This document shows, one piece after another, positions 34,417 through 43,444 of a DNA stretch of 64,000 nt. A model generated the notes under the pieces. The model ran no database searches and was not told the DNA's origin. It was given only the letters and a program-made list of their open reading frames with translations. Position 1 is the stretch's first letter, and every line of letters starts with the position of its first letter. Source of the DNA: Eubacteriales bacterium (GTDB taxonomy: Bacteria; Bacillota; Clostridia; Christensenellales; UBA1750); contig JAVBNW010000045.1 of NCBI GenBank assembly GCA_031551255.1, positions 63,430-127,429 of the forward strand. Reading direction: 5' to 3'. Both the position numbers and the translations under genes were made by a program.

Positions 34417-35523
34417 TTGCCATATCCATTTCATCGCTGTAATTGCCGCGGAACGTGCTCCTGCGGCGGAGGAACCACCATCGTCGGGGTACCCGGCCCT
34501 GTCGGCGCTACCGGCCCGGCCGGCCTGCCCGGCGCAACGGGAGCTACCGGCCCCGTGGCATTTAACGAAGTAGTGTTGTTTGATCCGCTGCTCGCGCCGA
34601 ATTATTTGCGCGGGCAGATTGTCATTCACAACGGCAGCGCATATGTCGTATTGACTTCGCCGCCGGTCGGCATTCCCGGCTCTTCATCGTCGTATGAGCT
34701 GATCCACATCAACGGCGGCATCACCGGAGCCACCGGGGCTACGGGCGTGGGTGCAACCGGCGCTGCGGGTACAACCGGCGCAACAGGCCCCACCGGCGCT
34801 ACGGGCGTCGGCATCACCGGACCTACCGGGCTTACCGGGCCCGCCGGCCCTATCGGAGCTACCGGGGCAACCGGCGCTACCGGCCCTGCCGGGGCGAATG
34901 GTTTGAGCGTTACCGGCCCCACAGGCGCAACCGGGCCCACGGGTGCGGCGGGAGTCGCCGGTTCCGTAGGCGCCACAGGCCCCATAGGCCCCACGGGCGC
35001 TGCAGGGGCCACTGGTCCTACGGGCGCAACCGGAGCGGACGGCCTGAGCGTTACCGGGCCTACCGGAGCCACCGGCCCCACAGGCGCTACGGGCGCCACC
35101 GGCCCGGCCGGCGGCGGATCGCTTAGCAACACGGCCTTCGCTGCGGCGGTTAGCGGCCCCTCAATCCCTGTGCTGTTGGGCGGAGCAGCCATCGCGCTGC
35201 CCGATGCGCAGGTGCTCCCTGCGGGCATCACCATCAACGCCGCCAACACGGTCTTTACCGTGAACACGGCGGGCGTCTATCGCATCACCTACTTTATCAA
35301 CACCGCGGTCTCGCTGTTGCTGGGCACGCGCCTTGTGGTCAATGGCGCTGCGGTTCCAGCTTCCAACATCACACCGGTGGTCACGCACACGCGCTTTGCC
35401 GCCGAAATTGTGTTGCCGCTTGCCGCCGGCAGTACGGTGGCGCTGGAGTTCTACGGCCTCATCGGGCTTGCGACTCTCGTCGAGGGCGCGGGCGCGCTTC
35501 TGACGATTTCCCAGGTGGCGTAA
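34417..35523 (+). CDS. Collagen-like (G-x-T repeat) protein with a BclA-type C-terminal globular domain; probable spore-surface/exosporium glycoprotein
   Basis: Track ORF starts at 34375. AAGGAGGAA, 6 nt and an in-frame TTG at 34417. The product has the Cys-rich N-terminus [18 protein letters not shown], two GxY runs, and a C-terminal ~130-aa beta-rich domain (...[18 protein letters not shown]...STVALEFYG...). Confidence 0.8.
   Translation: MPYPFHRCNCRGTCSCGGGTTIVGVPGPVGATGPAGLPGATGATGPVAFNEVVLFDPLLAPNYLRGQIVIHNGSAYVVLTSPPVGIPGSSSSYELIHINGGITGATGATGVGATGAAGTTGATGPTGATGVGITGPTGLTGPAGPIGATGATGATGPAGANGLSVTGPTGATGPTGAAGVAGSVGATGPIGPTGAAGATGPTGATGADGLSVTGPTGATGPTGATGATGPAGGGSLSNTAFAAAVSGPSIPVLLGGAAIALPDAQVLPAGITINAANTVFTVNTAGVYRITYFINTAVSLLLGTRLVVNGAAVPASNITPVVTHTRFAAEIVLPLAAGSTVALEFYGLIGLATLVEGAGALLTISQVA
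34486..35118 (+). repeat. Triplet-periodic collagen-like coding repeats (GGN-NNN-ACN), interrupted at 34555-34716
   Basis: [20 protein letters not shown], then about 45 consecutive G-x-y triplets, mostly GAT/GPT. The antisense 213-aa ORF (PVAPV-rich) is an artefact of these repeats. Confidence 0.9.
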
Positions 35524-35532
35524 GGCCGGGGA

Positions 35533-35567
35533 GCCGGGCGCGGGGCATGCTCCCGCGCCCGGCGTTT
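35533..35567 (+). terminator. Terminator hairpin after the collagen-like gene
   Basis: gccgggcgcggg-gcatgct-cccgcgcccggc (12-bp GC stem) followed by gttt. The T-tract is short. Confidence 0.6.
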
Positions 35568-35731
35568 ATAGTCGCCGGCCCTGAAAATCCGAACACCTGA
35601 GCGGCCCTTTTTCCGCCCCGCATTGTCTGCGTCGGTCGACGTGGCTGCCGGCCACGCCTCCCTCCGTCTCCGCGCGGAGGCAAAAACAGTGCTCGCTCAT
35701 TTTGTTCGGATTTTCAGGGCCGGTGACTATA
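35567..35731. repeat. 165-bp element bounded by 29-bp terminal inverted repeats (28/29 match)
   Basis: The left arm at 35567-35595 is TATAGTCGCCGGCCCTGAAAATCCGAACA. The right arm at 35703-35731 is TGTTCGGATTTTCAGGGCCGGTGACTATA. The 107-bp core contains the small hairpins gtggc-tgccg-gccac and cctccg...cggagg. Confidence 0.9.
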
Positions 35732-35805
35732 TCGCGGGCGATCCCCAAACGGTTGCCGACCCTGGGGCTAGCCCGCTATATTTTTGCGACGAGGAAGGGA
35801 ATAGC

Positions 35806-36882
35806 ATGGTTACCATCAGCCTATGTATGATCGTAAAAAATGAAGAGGCCGTATTGCGCCGCTGCCTTCAAAGCATTGCGCCCGCGGTAGACGAAATCAT
35901 CATCGTAGATACCGGCTCCACCGACTCTACCAAGGACATTGCCCTGGACTATACGGACAAGGTATACGATTTTGACTGGATCGACGACTTTGCCGCCGCG
36001 CGCAATATATCGTTTGCGCATGCGACGATGGACTACCAAATGTGGCTCGACGCCGACGACGTGCTCGCGCCTGAGCAGCGCGATCGGCTGATCGAGCTGA
36101 AGAAGACGCTCGACCCTGCGACAGATATGGTGACGATGCTGTACAATACGCATTTTGACGCCGCGGGCAATCCGGTGCTCGTGTCCATGCGCGAAAGGCT
36201 TTTGCGCCGGGATCGGCATTTTTTATGGCAGGATCCGGTGCACGAGTGCATCCCGCTGTCGGGCAATATTTTGCATTCCGACATTACCATCGACCATCGC
36301 AAGGAAAAGCACGAAGGGGTCTCCGAGCGCAACCTGCGCATCTACGAAAGGCTGGAAAGCAGTGGAGCCACCCTTACCCCTCGGCAATTGTATTATTACG
36401 CCAGGGAGCTTCGGGATCATGGAAGGTTTGAGCGTGCGGCCGAATTTTTCGAGAGGTTCCTGGCCACCGATCGGGGGTGGAAAGAGGATAACATCGCCGC
36501 CTGCCACGCGCTCGCGCTATGCCTGCGCGCGCTCGGCGAGCGGGAGCGTTCCTTCGACGCTCTGCTTAGCGCCTTTCGCTACGGTTCGCCCCGCGCGGAG
36601 ATTCTAACGGAGATCGGCTATCATTTTAAATTGTCGGCGAATTTTGCCGAGGCGGCGCAATGGTTTCAAGCCGCCGCGGATCTTACGCCGCCACAGGTTT
36701 CGGGGTTTTTGCTCAGGGATTATTGGGGCTACATTCCGCACATCGAGCTGTGCGTATGCTACTACAACATCGGCGACTTGGCCAAGGCGCGGGAGCACAA
36801 CCGCTTGGCGGGCTTGTGCAAACCCGGTAACGCGGCGGTGGAGGAAAACGAGCGGTTCTTTGCTTCGCTTTGCGTGGCCTGA
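35806..36882 (+). CDS. Family-2 glycosyltransferase with C-terminal TPR-like region
   Basis: Track ORF starts at 35623 and crosses the IR element. ATG at 35806 follows GAGGAAGGGA. Sequence: MVTISLCMIVKNEEAVLRRCL...IIIVDTGSTDST...WLDADDVL. Confidence 0.85.
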   Translation: MVTISLCMIVKNEEAVLRRCLQSIAPAVDEIIIVDTGSTDSTKDIALDYTDKVYDFDWIDDFAAARNISFAHATMDYQMWLDADDVLAPEQRDRLIELKKTLDPATDMVTMLYNTHFDAAGNPVLVSMRERLLRRDRHFLWQDPVHECIPLSGNILHSDITIDHRKEKHEGVSERNLRIYERLESSGATLTPRQLYYYARELRDHGRFERAAEFFERFLATDRGWKEDNIAACHALALCLRALGERERSFDALLSAFRYGSPRAEILTEIGYHFKLSANFAEAAQWFQAAADLTPPQVSGFLLRDYWGYIPHIELCVCYYNIGDLAKAREHNRLAGLCKPGNAAVEENERFFASLCVA

Positions 36883-37128
36883 GCATCCCGTTTGGGGCGG
36901 CTCATACTCCTGGATAGCGACCAATATGGCGCTTTATAGGGTGGAAAGCATTGTTTTTCCCCGATATGTGGTATGATAAGAAGGTCTAACCTGGCGGATG
37001 CTTGAAGGCCTTGGCCGGATGACGACAACGCGCGAATGTTTTGCGACGAGGCGCAGAGGTTGACCGGAATCGGCGGCTTTGGGCGGATTCGGATACCTCC
37101 TGCCGCGCCGTCATCGGGAGGGGATTTG

Positions 37129-38040
37129 ATGCCCGCCGCATATGCCCACGATATCGCCGCGCTCCGCGCCAAGGAGATGCTTGCCGGGGAGAGCCCCGCA
37201 TGGCTCGATGCGGAAATGCCCAGCTTCCTGCTGGGCGCGCAAGGGCCGGATTTGTTTTTCTTTTACGGCATCTTCCCGCCTTGGCGCACGCACGCGCTTA
37301 ATTTAGACGGTGCGGCGCTGCACGGCCAGAGCGGCGCGCTTTGGGCGCGGGCGTTGCTCCGCTACTGCGCCAGGGCTGGGGCGACCGCGCGCGCGTGGAC
37401 GCTTGGATATCTGTGCCATTGGTCTACGGATGCGGCGTGCCACCCTTACGTGCGCTCGCGCGAGCGCGAGCGGCCCTACGCGCACGGGTTACTGGAGATG
37501 GGGGCGGATACGATGCTGTTTCGGGCGCGCGGCGGCAAGGGTACGCCGCGCCACCTTGCGTACATCGCCGATATCGATGCGATGGGCCGCGAGGAGCTCG
37601 CGCAGATGTTTGCCGCCACGGTTCCCGACGCCCTGCCCGGCAGGCGCGTCGGCATCGCGGAAGCGCGCCGCAACTTCGCCGACGCGCACAGGTTGCATTC
37701 CTTTCTTTACAGCCCCGATGGAAGGCGCTACCGAGCGATCGGCAGGCTGGAGGGACTGCTCGGCAAAAGAGGGCTGGTCACCGGGCATCTGCCGCCCGTT
37801 ATACCCGAAATGGATGATCCGCTCAACGAGCGGCATGCGGCATGGGGATGCGAGGGGCGGACCGACAGTTATCCGGAGCTCATCGAGGCGGCGGCGGGGC
37901 GCGCCGCCGGTTGGATGAAGCTTGCGCTCGCCTATTGGGAGGGGAAGACGGCGCTTGAGGATGCGCTCGTGCCTATGGGCAATCTGCGCATGGAAGATGG
38001 GGTGGAGGATGAAACGGCGAAGGGAGGCGCTCGTCTGTGA
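37129..38040 (+). CDS. Zinc-dependent phospholipase C-like family protein
   Basis: Track ORF starts at 37036. ATG at 37129 follows GGGAGGGG. Sequence: MPAAYAHDIAA...FLLGAQGPDLFFFY...HWSTDAACHPYV. Confidence 0.55.
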   Translation: MPAAYAHDIAALRAKEMLAGESPAWLDAEMPSFLLGAQGPDLFFFYGIFPPWRTHALNLDGAALHGQSGALWARALLRYCARAGATARAWTLGYLCHWSTDAACHPYVRSRERERPYAHGLLEMGADTMLFRARGGKGTPRHLAYIADIDAMGREELAQMFAATVPDALPGRRVGIAEARRNFADAHRLHSFLYSPDGRRYRAIGRLEGLLGKRGLVTGHLPPVIPEMDDPLNERHAAWGCEGRTDSYPELIEAAAGRAAGWMKLALAYWEGKTALEDALVPMGNLRMEDGVEDETAKGGARL

Positions 38041-38597
38041 AGCTGGTGGTGATTACCGGGCCGCAGGCGGTCGGCAAGATGACCGTCGGCAGAGAACTTG
38101 CGGACATGACGGGCCTTATGCTGTTTCACAATCACATGACGATCGACCTGGTCTCCAACTTTTTCAGCTACGGCAGCCCGCAGGGGAAGCGGCTTGTGCA
38201 CCTTTTCCGTAGAGAAATTTTTGAAGAGGTCGCCAAAAGCGATTTGCCCGGGCTCATCTTTACATATCTATGGGCGTTTGACCTGCCTTCCGACGGAGAA
38301 TACATCGATCAGATCGAGGCGCTGTTCGCGGCAGGCGGCGGCGAAACCTATTACGTGGAACTGGAGGCGGCGCTCGAGGCGCGGCTTGAGCGCAATACCT
38401 CTCCCTACAGGCTCGAACAGAAGCCGACGAAGCGGGATGTGGATTGGTCCCGCCGAGATTTGATCGACACCGCGCAGCGGCACAGGCTCAATTCGCAGCC
38501 CGGCGAAATCGCCAAGCCGCACTACGTGCGCATCGACAATACGAATCTTTCGGCGCGGGAGGCGGCGCTTAGAATTTGCGAGGCGTTCGGGCTGTGA
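38037..38597 (+). CDS. P-loop kinase-like ATPase (AAA/shikimate-kinase-like superfamily)
   Basis: 186-aa ORF whose GTG overlaps the upstream TGA (GTGA). Walker A in VVITGPQAVGKMTVGREL. Confidence 0.65.
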   Translation: MKLVVITGPQAVGKMTVGRELADMTGLMLFHNHMTIDLVSNFFSYGSPQGKRLVHLFRREIFEEVAKSDLPGLIFTYLWAFDLPSDGEYIDQIEALFAAGGGETYYVELEAALEARLERNTSPYRLEQKPTKRDVDWSRRDLIDTAQRHRLNSQPGEIAKPHYVRIDNTNLSAREAALRICEAFGL

Positions 38598-38856
38598 CGG
38601 GCGTGCCGGATTATCCGGACAGGCTGTGCGTTGGGTCTAAAAATGACGATACTACTTATGTGCGAGTTTGGCGCGAACCCGGTGCGCCGGGCGCTTTTCC
38701 GGCGGTTTCTCCATGCGGTGGGCGGGAGGCGGTTTCAACTCGCAAATTCTATTAGCGGCCGGCGCTGCCCGCGGCAGGATCTGTCCGGGGCCGGTTTGCC
38801 GCCGCTGGGCGCGGGTAGATACAAGTACGGATGCTTTGCGGAAGAAAGGTGATCCG

Positions 38857-40266
38857 ATGCGCAGGCCACAAGCGGCGAAGAGTGAAGTGCAGGCAAAGGA
38901 TTTTATCCTAGAGGTTCTTGGAAATCTGCTCAGCCATGGCGCCGGAGACGAGGCGATTCCTCTCGTGCTCCGCAAGATCTGCGCCTATTTTTCGTTTGGA
39001 TGTGCGTTTGTATATGAGTGCGACCACACCAAGGCGTTTTTTCTGAAGGAGCATTGCCAGGCGTATCCTCACGATTTGCCCGCCTCTTTCCGCCTGGAGA
39101 ACGCATTGGGCGAAGAGGGGGTTCGCCAGCTCAGCTCCGCGCCGGTCATCTGCGTCAGCCGCGAGATCGAGGTAAGCGAGGTGGGCGCAAAGCTTGCCAA
39201 ATTATTCGCCGGCAACACGCTTTTGCTGGTGCCCGTCGCAGATGCCGACGGCTCGGCGATCGGCTGCGTCGGCATTGCGGACAGGCGTGCGGATATTCTC
39301 ATCGAAGAGGCGGATATAGCCCTGGCACGCACGCTGTTTGAGGTCGTAGCCAGCCGTATAGCCCAGCGCATCTATCGGCAAAGGCTTCATTTTACCCAGA
39401 TGTCGCTCGAGGGCATCATGGATAACACCGGCATCGATATCTATGTAAACGACTTTGATACCCACGAAATCCTCTACGTAAACAGATCCATGGCGGCGCC
39501 CTATGGCGGCATACAAAACATGATGGGAAGGCTTTGCTGGGAAGCGCTGTACGAAGGCAAAACCGGCGAATGCGACTATTGCCCCAAGCACAGGCTCTTG
39601 GATGAGCAGGGCAACCCCACCAAGACATATTCGTGGGACTACCAGCGCCCCTTTGACGGCGCGTGGTTTCGGGTGATCAGCGCGGCCTTCCGCTGGGTGG
39701 ATGGACGTATCGCCCACGTGATCAGCAGCGTGGACATTACCGAAAACAAGCGCAACGAGGCTTTGGTAAAGCGCATGGCGTTTTACGATACTCTCACAGG
39801 CATCCCCAACCGGCGCAAGCTGGAAAGCGATTTTGCGCAGTTCATCACGGGCAGCGGCGGGGCCCAGCCTGCGACGCTGATGTTCTTGGACCTGGACGAT
39901 TTTAAGGCGATCAACGATACGTTTAGCCACGCCGTCGGGGATGAGCTCCTTACCAAGGTAGCTTCGTTTCTCCAGGAAGAATCCACGGCGAAGGGGCATG
40001 CCTACCGGCATGGGGGAGACGAGTTCATCCTGTTCCTGCCCGGCGGTGCGTGGGATATCGCCGAGACGACCGCGCATCTGCTCGATGCTTTCTCGCGGGG
40101 CTGGGAGATTTCCGGCCGTCTGGTATACTGCCGCGCCAGCATCGGCATCGCCCAATACCCCCGCGACGGCGTAACCTACCAAGCGCTGCTCGATAGCGCC
40201 GATCACGCGATGTATACTGCGAAGAGAGATGGAAAGGACAGGGCGGCGTTTTCTAAGGATGTATAA
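38857..40266 (+). CDS. Diguanylate cyclase with N-terminal GAF-like and PAS domains (GGDEF intact)
   Basis: Track ORF starts at 38668. ATG at 38857 follows GAAAGGTGA. Sequence: ...YDTLTGIPNRRKL...DLDDFKAINDTFSHAVGDELL...YRHGGDEFILFL. Confidence 0.88.
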   Translation: MRRPQAAKSEVQAKDFILEVLGNLLSHGAGDEAIPLVLRKICAYFSFGCAFVYECDHTKAFFLKEHCQAYPHDLPASFRLENALGEEGVRQLSSAPVICVSREIEVSEVGAKLAKLFAGNTLLLVPVADADGSAIGCVGIADRRADILIEEADIALARTLFEVVASRIAQRIYRQRLHFTQMSLEGIMDNTGIDIYVNDFDTHEILYVNRSMAAPYGGIQNMMGRLCWEALYEGKTGECDYCPKHRLLDEQGNPTKTYSWDYQRPFDGAWFRVISAAFRWVDGRIAHVISSVDITENKRNEALVKRMAFYDTLTGIPNRRKLESDFAQFITGSGGAQPATLMFLDLDDFKAINDTFSHAVGDELLTKVASFLQEESTAKGHAYRHGGDEFILFLPGGAWDIAETTAHLLDAFSRGWEISGRLVYCRASIGIAQYPRDGVTYQALLDSADHAMYTAKRDGKDRAAFSKDV

Positions 40267-40311
40267 ACGAAGGGGCCTTCCTGTGCCATAGTAAACCGTA
40301 TAGCCATAGAA

Positions 40312-40355
40312 GAAGGGCGCATCGGAGCTTCTGAGCTGGTGCGCCCTTTCTTGTG
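40312..40355 (+). terminator. Terminator-like hairpin after the diguanylate cyclase gene
   Basis: gaagggcgca...tgcgcccttt (~10 bp) with an 18-nt structured loop, followed by cttg. The T-tract is weak. Confidence 0.45.
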
Positions 40356-40362
40356 CGCCCGA

Positions 40363-40391
40363 TTGACAAGCCTGCTTCCGCCCCCTATAGT
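40363..40391 (+). promoter_or_regulatory. Strong sigma-A-type promoter of ggt
   Basis: TTGACA (40363-68), 17 nt, then TATAGT (40386-91). Confidence 0.65.
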
Positions 40392-40548
40392 TGTGATATA
40401 ATCGGCCTCAAAACCACTGTAACCGGCCGGTAAAAACGCGTGCGTTTTTGCCGTGATTTCTTGTCATTGTGCTTTTGTCTCGCCTTTTATACGGTTGTTT
40501 TGAGGCTGGCCGCTATAAAATGCCATAGCACGCAGGGAGGCAGTGTCG

Positions 40549-42147
40549 ATGATTCCGTTTGATCATGCGTATCCGTACCCTTCCCGCCGCAACGCCGTGT
40601 ACGGAGGCCGCGGGATGCTCGCAACCTCGCATCCCATGGCGACGGAGGCGGGCATGGCGATCTTCCGCCGGGGCGGCAATGCCATAGACGCCGCGGTGGC
40701 CGCGGCGGCGGCGCTGTGCGTGGTGGATCCTGCGGCGACCGGCCCCGGCGGAGACTTGTTTGCGGTCGTTCACGCGCGAGGCGCCCTGCACGGCCTCAAT
40801 GCCAGCGGCCCTTCGGCGGCGCTGTTTACGCGGGAAGAGGTTATGCGGCGCGGGTTTGACAAGGTGCCGGGTACCGGCTGGCTGCCCGCGACGGTATCCG
40901 GAGGGCCTGCGGGCTGGGCCGCGCTGCTTGGGCGCTTTGGGAAGCTTTCCATGGCGGATGCGCTGTCGCCCGCAGCCGAGCTGGCCGAAGGTTACCCGGC
41001 ATCGGATGGCTATGCGAACGTGGTGAACGGCTTCATCCGGCAATATGAGGAAAAGAACGATCCCATCTTCGACGCGTGGTTTGAACAATACGCGCCCGGC
41101 AGAAAGCCGCTATGCGCAGGGCAAACCGTGCGCATGACGGATCTTGTGGGGACGCTCCGAGAGATCGGCCGTACAAATGCCGAGGCGTTTTATCGCGGCG
41201 AAATCGCCCGCGCCATCGCCGCGCACTCAGAAGCGACGGGCGGCCTGCTTCGTTACGAGGATTTTGCCGCCTATCAATGCGAGTGGATCGATCCGGTGAG
41301 CGTAAGCTACCGCGGTTACGATATATGGGAAATGCCGCCCAACGGCCAGGGCATCGCGGCGAGCATCGCGCTGAACATCATGGAAGGCTTCCCCGCCATA
41401 GCCCACGACGACGCGATGACGGTGCACCGGCAGATCGAGAGCATGAAGCTTGCGTTTGCCGATGCGTTTGCCTACATTGCCGACCCAAACCACATGCGGG
41501 TGGATGTGGGAGCCCTGCTTTCCAAGGATTATGCCGCAGCGCGGCGCGCGCTCATCGGGGAATATGCCTTCTGCCCGCCGCCCGGCGAGCCAATGCGCGG
41601 CGGTACGGTATATTTGTGCGCGGCGGATGGGGAAGGCAACATGATCTCGCTGATTCAATCGGTTTCCGCGAGCTTCGGCTCGGGCGTCGTGGTTCCCGGC
41701 ACGGGTGTTCTTATGCAAAACCGCGGCGCGGGCTTTTCCATGGAGGAAGGGCATCCCAACTGCGCGGGGCCGCGCAAGCGCTCGTTTCATACGATCATCC
41801 CCGGGTTTATCACCAAGGACGGCGCGCCCGTCGGCCCGTTCGGCGTAATGGGCGGGCACATGCAGCCGCAGGGGCATATGCAGGCGGCGATGAACATGAT
41901 CGACTTTCACATGAACCCGCAGGCTGCGCTGGACGCGCCCCGCTGGCTGTGGCGGCTGGGCAAGGCGATCAGGATGGAGCCTTCGTGGCCGCGGGCGGTG
42001 GTGGATTCGTTGCGCGCGCGGGGGCACGAGGTAGAGGTGACTACCGAAGGCTACTACGGCCGGGGGCAGATCATCGTGCGCCTTAATAGCGGCGCACTCG
42101 TGGGCGGCACGGAACCCCGCGGGGACGGATCGGTGCTTGCGTACTGA
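40549..42147 (+). CDS. ggt: Gamma-glutamyltransferase family protein
   Basis: Track start is a GTG at 40543. AGGGAGG and 7 nt precede the ATG at 40549. Sequence: ...GMLATSHPMATEAGMAIFRRGGNAIDAAVA...GGTVYLCAADGEGNMISLIQS (autoprocessing Thr). Confidence 0.88.
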   Translation: MIPFDHAYPYPSRRNAVYGGRGMLATSHPMATEAGMAIFRRGGNAIDAAVAAAAALCVVDPAATGPGGDLFAVVHARGALHGLNASGPSAALFTREEVMRRGFDKVPGTGWLPATVSGGPAGWAALLGRFGKLSMADALSPAAELAEGYPASDGYANVVNGFIRQYEEKNDPIFDAWFEQYAPGRKPLCAGQTVRMTDLVGTLREIGRTNAEAFYRGEIARAIAAHSEATGGLLRYEDFAAYQCEWIDPVSVSYRGYDIWEMPPNGQGIAASIALNIMEGFPAIAHDDAMTVHRQIESMKLAFADAFAYIADPNHMRVDVGALLSKDYAAARRALIGEYAFCPPPGEPMRGGTVYLCAADGEGNMISLIQSVSASFGSGVVVPGTGVLMQNRGAGFSMEEGHPNCAGPRKRSFHTIIPGFITKDGAPVGPFGVMGGHMQPQGHMQAAMNMIDFHMNPQAALDAPRWLWRLGKAIRMEPSWPRAVVDSLRARGHEVEVTTEGYYGRGQIIVRLNSGALVGGTEPRGDGSVLAY

Positions 42148-42200
42148 GCGCTCTTTCGCAACGCAAGAAACTATACAGCAAAATGCAGGGGGAGTTGCCG

Positions 42201-43376
42201 ATGTTTAAGCGAGCCGTCGCCGACCGCATGGGGCTTTTGCACACAGAGTCCGCGTTTCAAATCCTCGCCAAGGCCAAGGCGCTGGAGGCGCAGGGCAAGA
42301 GCGTAATTCACATGGAGATCGGCCAGCCGGATTTTAAGACGCCCAAGCATATCATCGAGGCCGCCTACCGGGCGATGAACGAGGGCTTTACCGGGTATTC
42401 GCCGACGCCCGGCTACCCTGAGGCGCGCCAGGCCATCGCCGAATATGCCGCGGAGCAAAAGGGGATTTCCACTTCCATGGAAGAGGTGGTGATCGTGCCG
42501 GGCGGCAAGCCGGTGATGTTTTACGCGATGCTGATGCTTGTAAACCCGGGCGACGAGGTGCTGTGTCCGAACCCTTCATTTCCGATTTACGAATCGGTCA
42601 TCGAGTTTGCGGGCGGGGTTCCGGTGGCGGTGCCGCTGCTGAACGAAAATGACTTTCGCATCGACCTTGACGCCTTTGCGGCGCTCATCACCGAAAAGAC
42701 GAAGATGCTGATTCTCAACAACCCGTCCAACCCCACCGGCGGCGTATTTCCGCGCGAGGATATTCTGGCGCTCGCCGATATTCTCAGGCCCTATCCCGAT
42801 ATCTTCATCTTGTCGGATGAGATTTACGATAGGCTCGTCTACGACGGCGAGGTGGCGTCCATCGCTTCGATGCCCGGGTTTAAGGATCGGACGATCATCC
42901 TGGATGGATTTTCCAAAACGTATGCGATGACCGGGTGGCGGCTGGGGTACGGCATCATGCACCCGGAACTCGCCAAGCATATGGAGATGCTGATGGTCAA
43001 CTCCAACTCCTGTTCGGCTTCTTTTACGCAGATCGCGGCGATCGAGGCGCTCAAAGGCCCGCAGGATGCGGTAGACGAGATGCGGGCGGCCTTTCTCCAG
43101 CGCAGGGATTGGCTGGTGGCCGCGCTCAATGCGATTCCCGGCGTCAGCTGCCGCATGCCGGGAGGAGCGTTTTACGTGTTTCCGGATATCTCCTCCTTCG
43201 GCCTTACGGGGGCTGAGTTTGCCGACAGACTGCTGAATGAGGCGGGGGTGGCGGCGTCTTCCGGCGCGTCGTTCGGGAGGTTTGGCGAAGGCCACATCCG
43301 CATGTCCTATGCTACCTCGCTGGAAAATTGTAAGATCGCCGTAGAACGGCTCCAGAAGTTTGTAAAGAAACTATAG
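42201..43376 (+). CDS. Class I/II pyridoxal-phosphate-dependent aminotransferase (aspartate aminotransferase-like)
   Basis: Track start is 42183. GGGGGAG and 6 nt precede the ATG at 42201. Sequence: ...GQPDFKTPKHI...NNPSNPTGG...GFSKTYAMTGWRLGYG. Confidence 0.88.
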   Translation: MFKRAVADRMGLLHTESAFQILAKAKALEAQGKSVIHMEIGQPDFKTPKHIIEAAYRAMNEGFTGYSPTPGYPEARQAIAEYAAEQKGISTSMEEVVIVPGGKPVMFYAMLMLVNPGDEVLCPNPSFPIYESVIEFAGGVPVAVPLLNENDFRIDLDAFAALITEKTKMLILNNPSNPTGGVFPREDILALADILRPYPDIFILSDEIYDRLVYDGEVASIASMPGFKDRTIILDGFSKTYAMTGWRLGYGIMHPELAKHMEMLMVNSNSCSASFTQIAAIEALKGPQDAVDEMRAAFLQRRDWLVAALNAIPGVSCRMPGGAFYVFPDISSFGLTGAEFADRLLNEAGVAASSGASFGRFGEGHIRMSYATSLENCKIAVERLQKFVKKL

Positions 43377-43388
43377 GAAAGGTTTTGC

Positions 43389-43423
43389 GAAAAGCCTGCC
43401 GCGATATATCGCGACAGGCTTTT
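43389..43423. terminator. Bidirectional terminator between convergent genes
   Basis: aaaagcctgccgcgata-tatcgcgacaggctttt, with one mismatch. The A and T tracts are part of the arms. Confidence 0.75.
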
Positions 43424-43444
43424 GTACGGCCATTTCTACTTGCG

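Noticed and set aside
34626-35267. 213-aa minus-strand ORF rich in PVAPV repeats
   Set aside because: It is the reverse-complement reading of the collagen-like GxT repeats. The plus-strand gene has an RBS and N- and C-terminal non-repeat domains.
41112-42086. 324-aa alternate-frame ORF inside ggt; similarly 46328-47209 antisense to ecfA1 and 39202-40206 antisense to the GGDEF gene
   Set aside because: These are Arg-rich shadow ORFs overlapping genes with clear family signatures.
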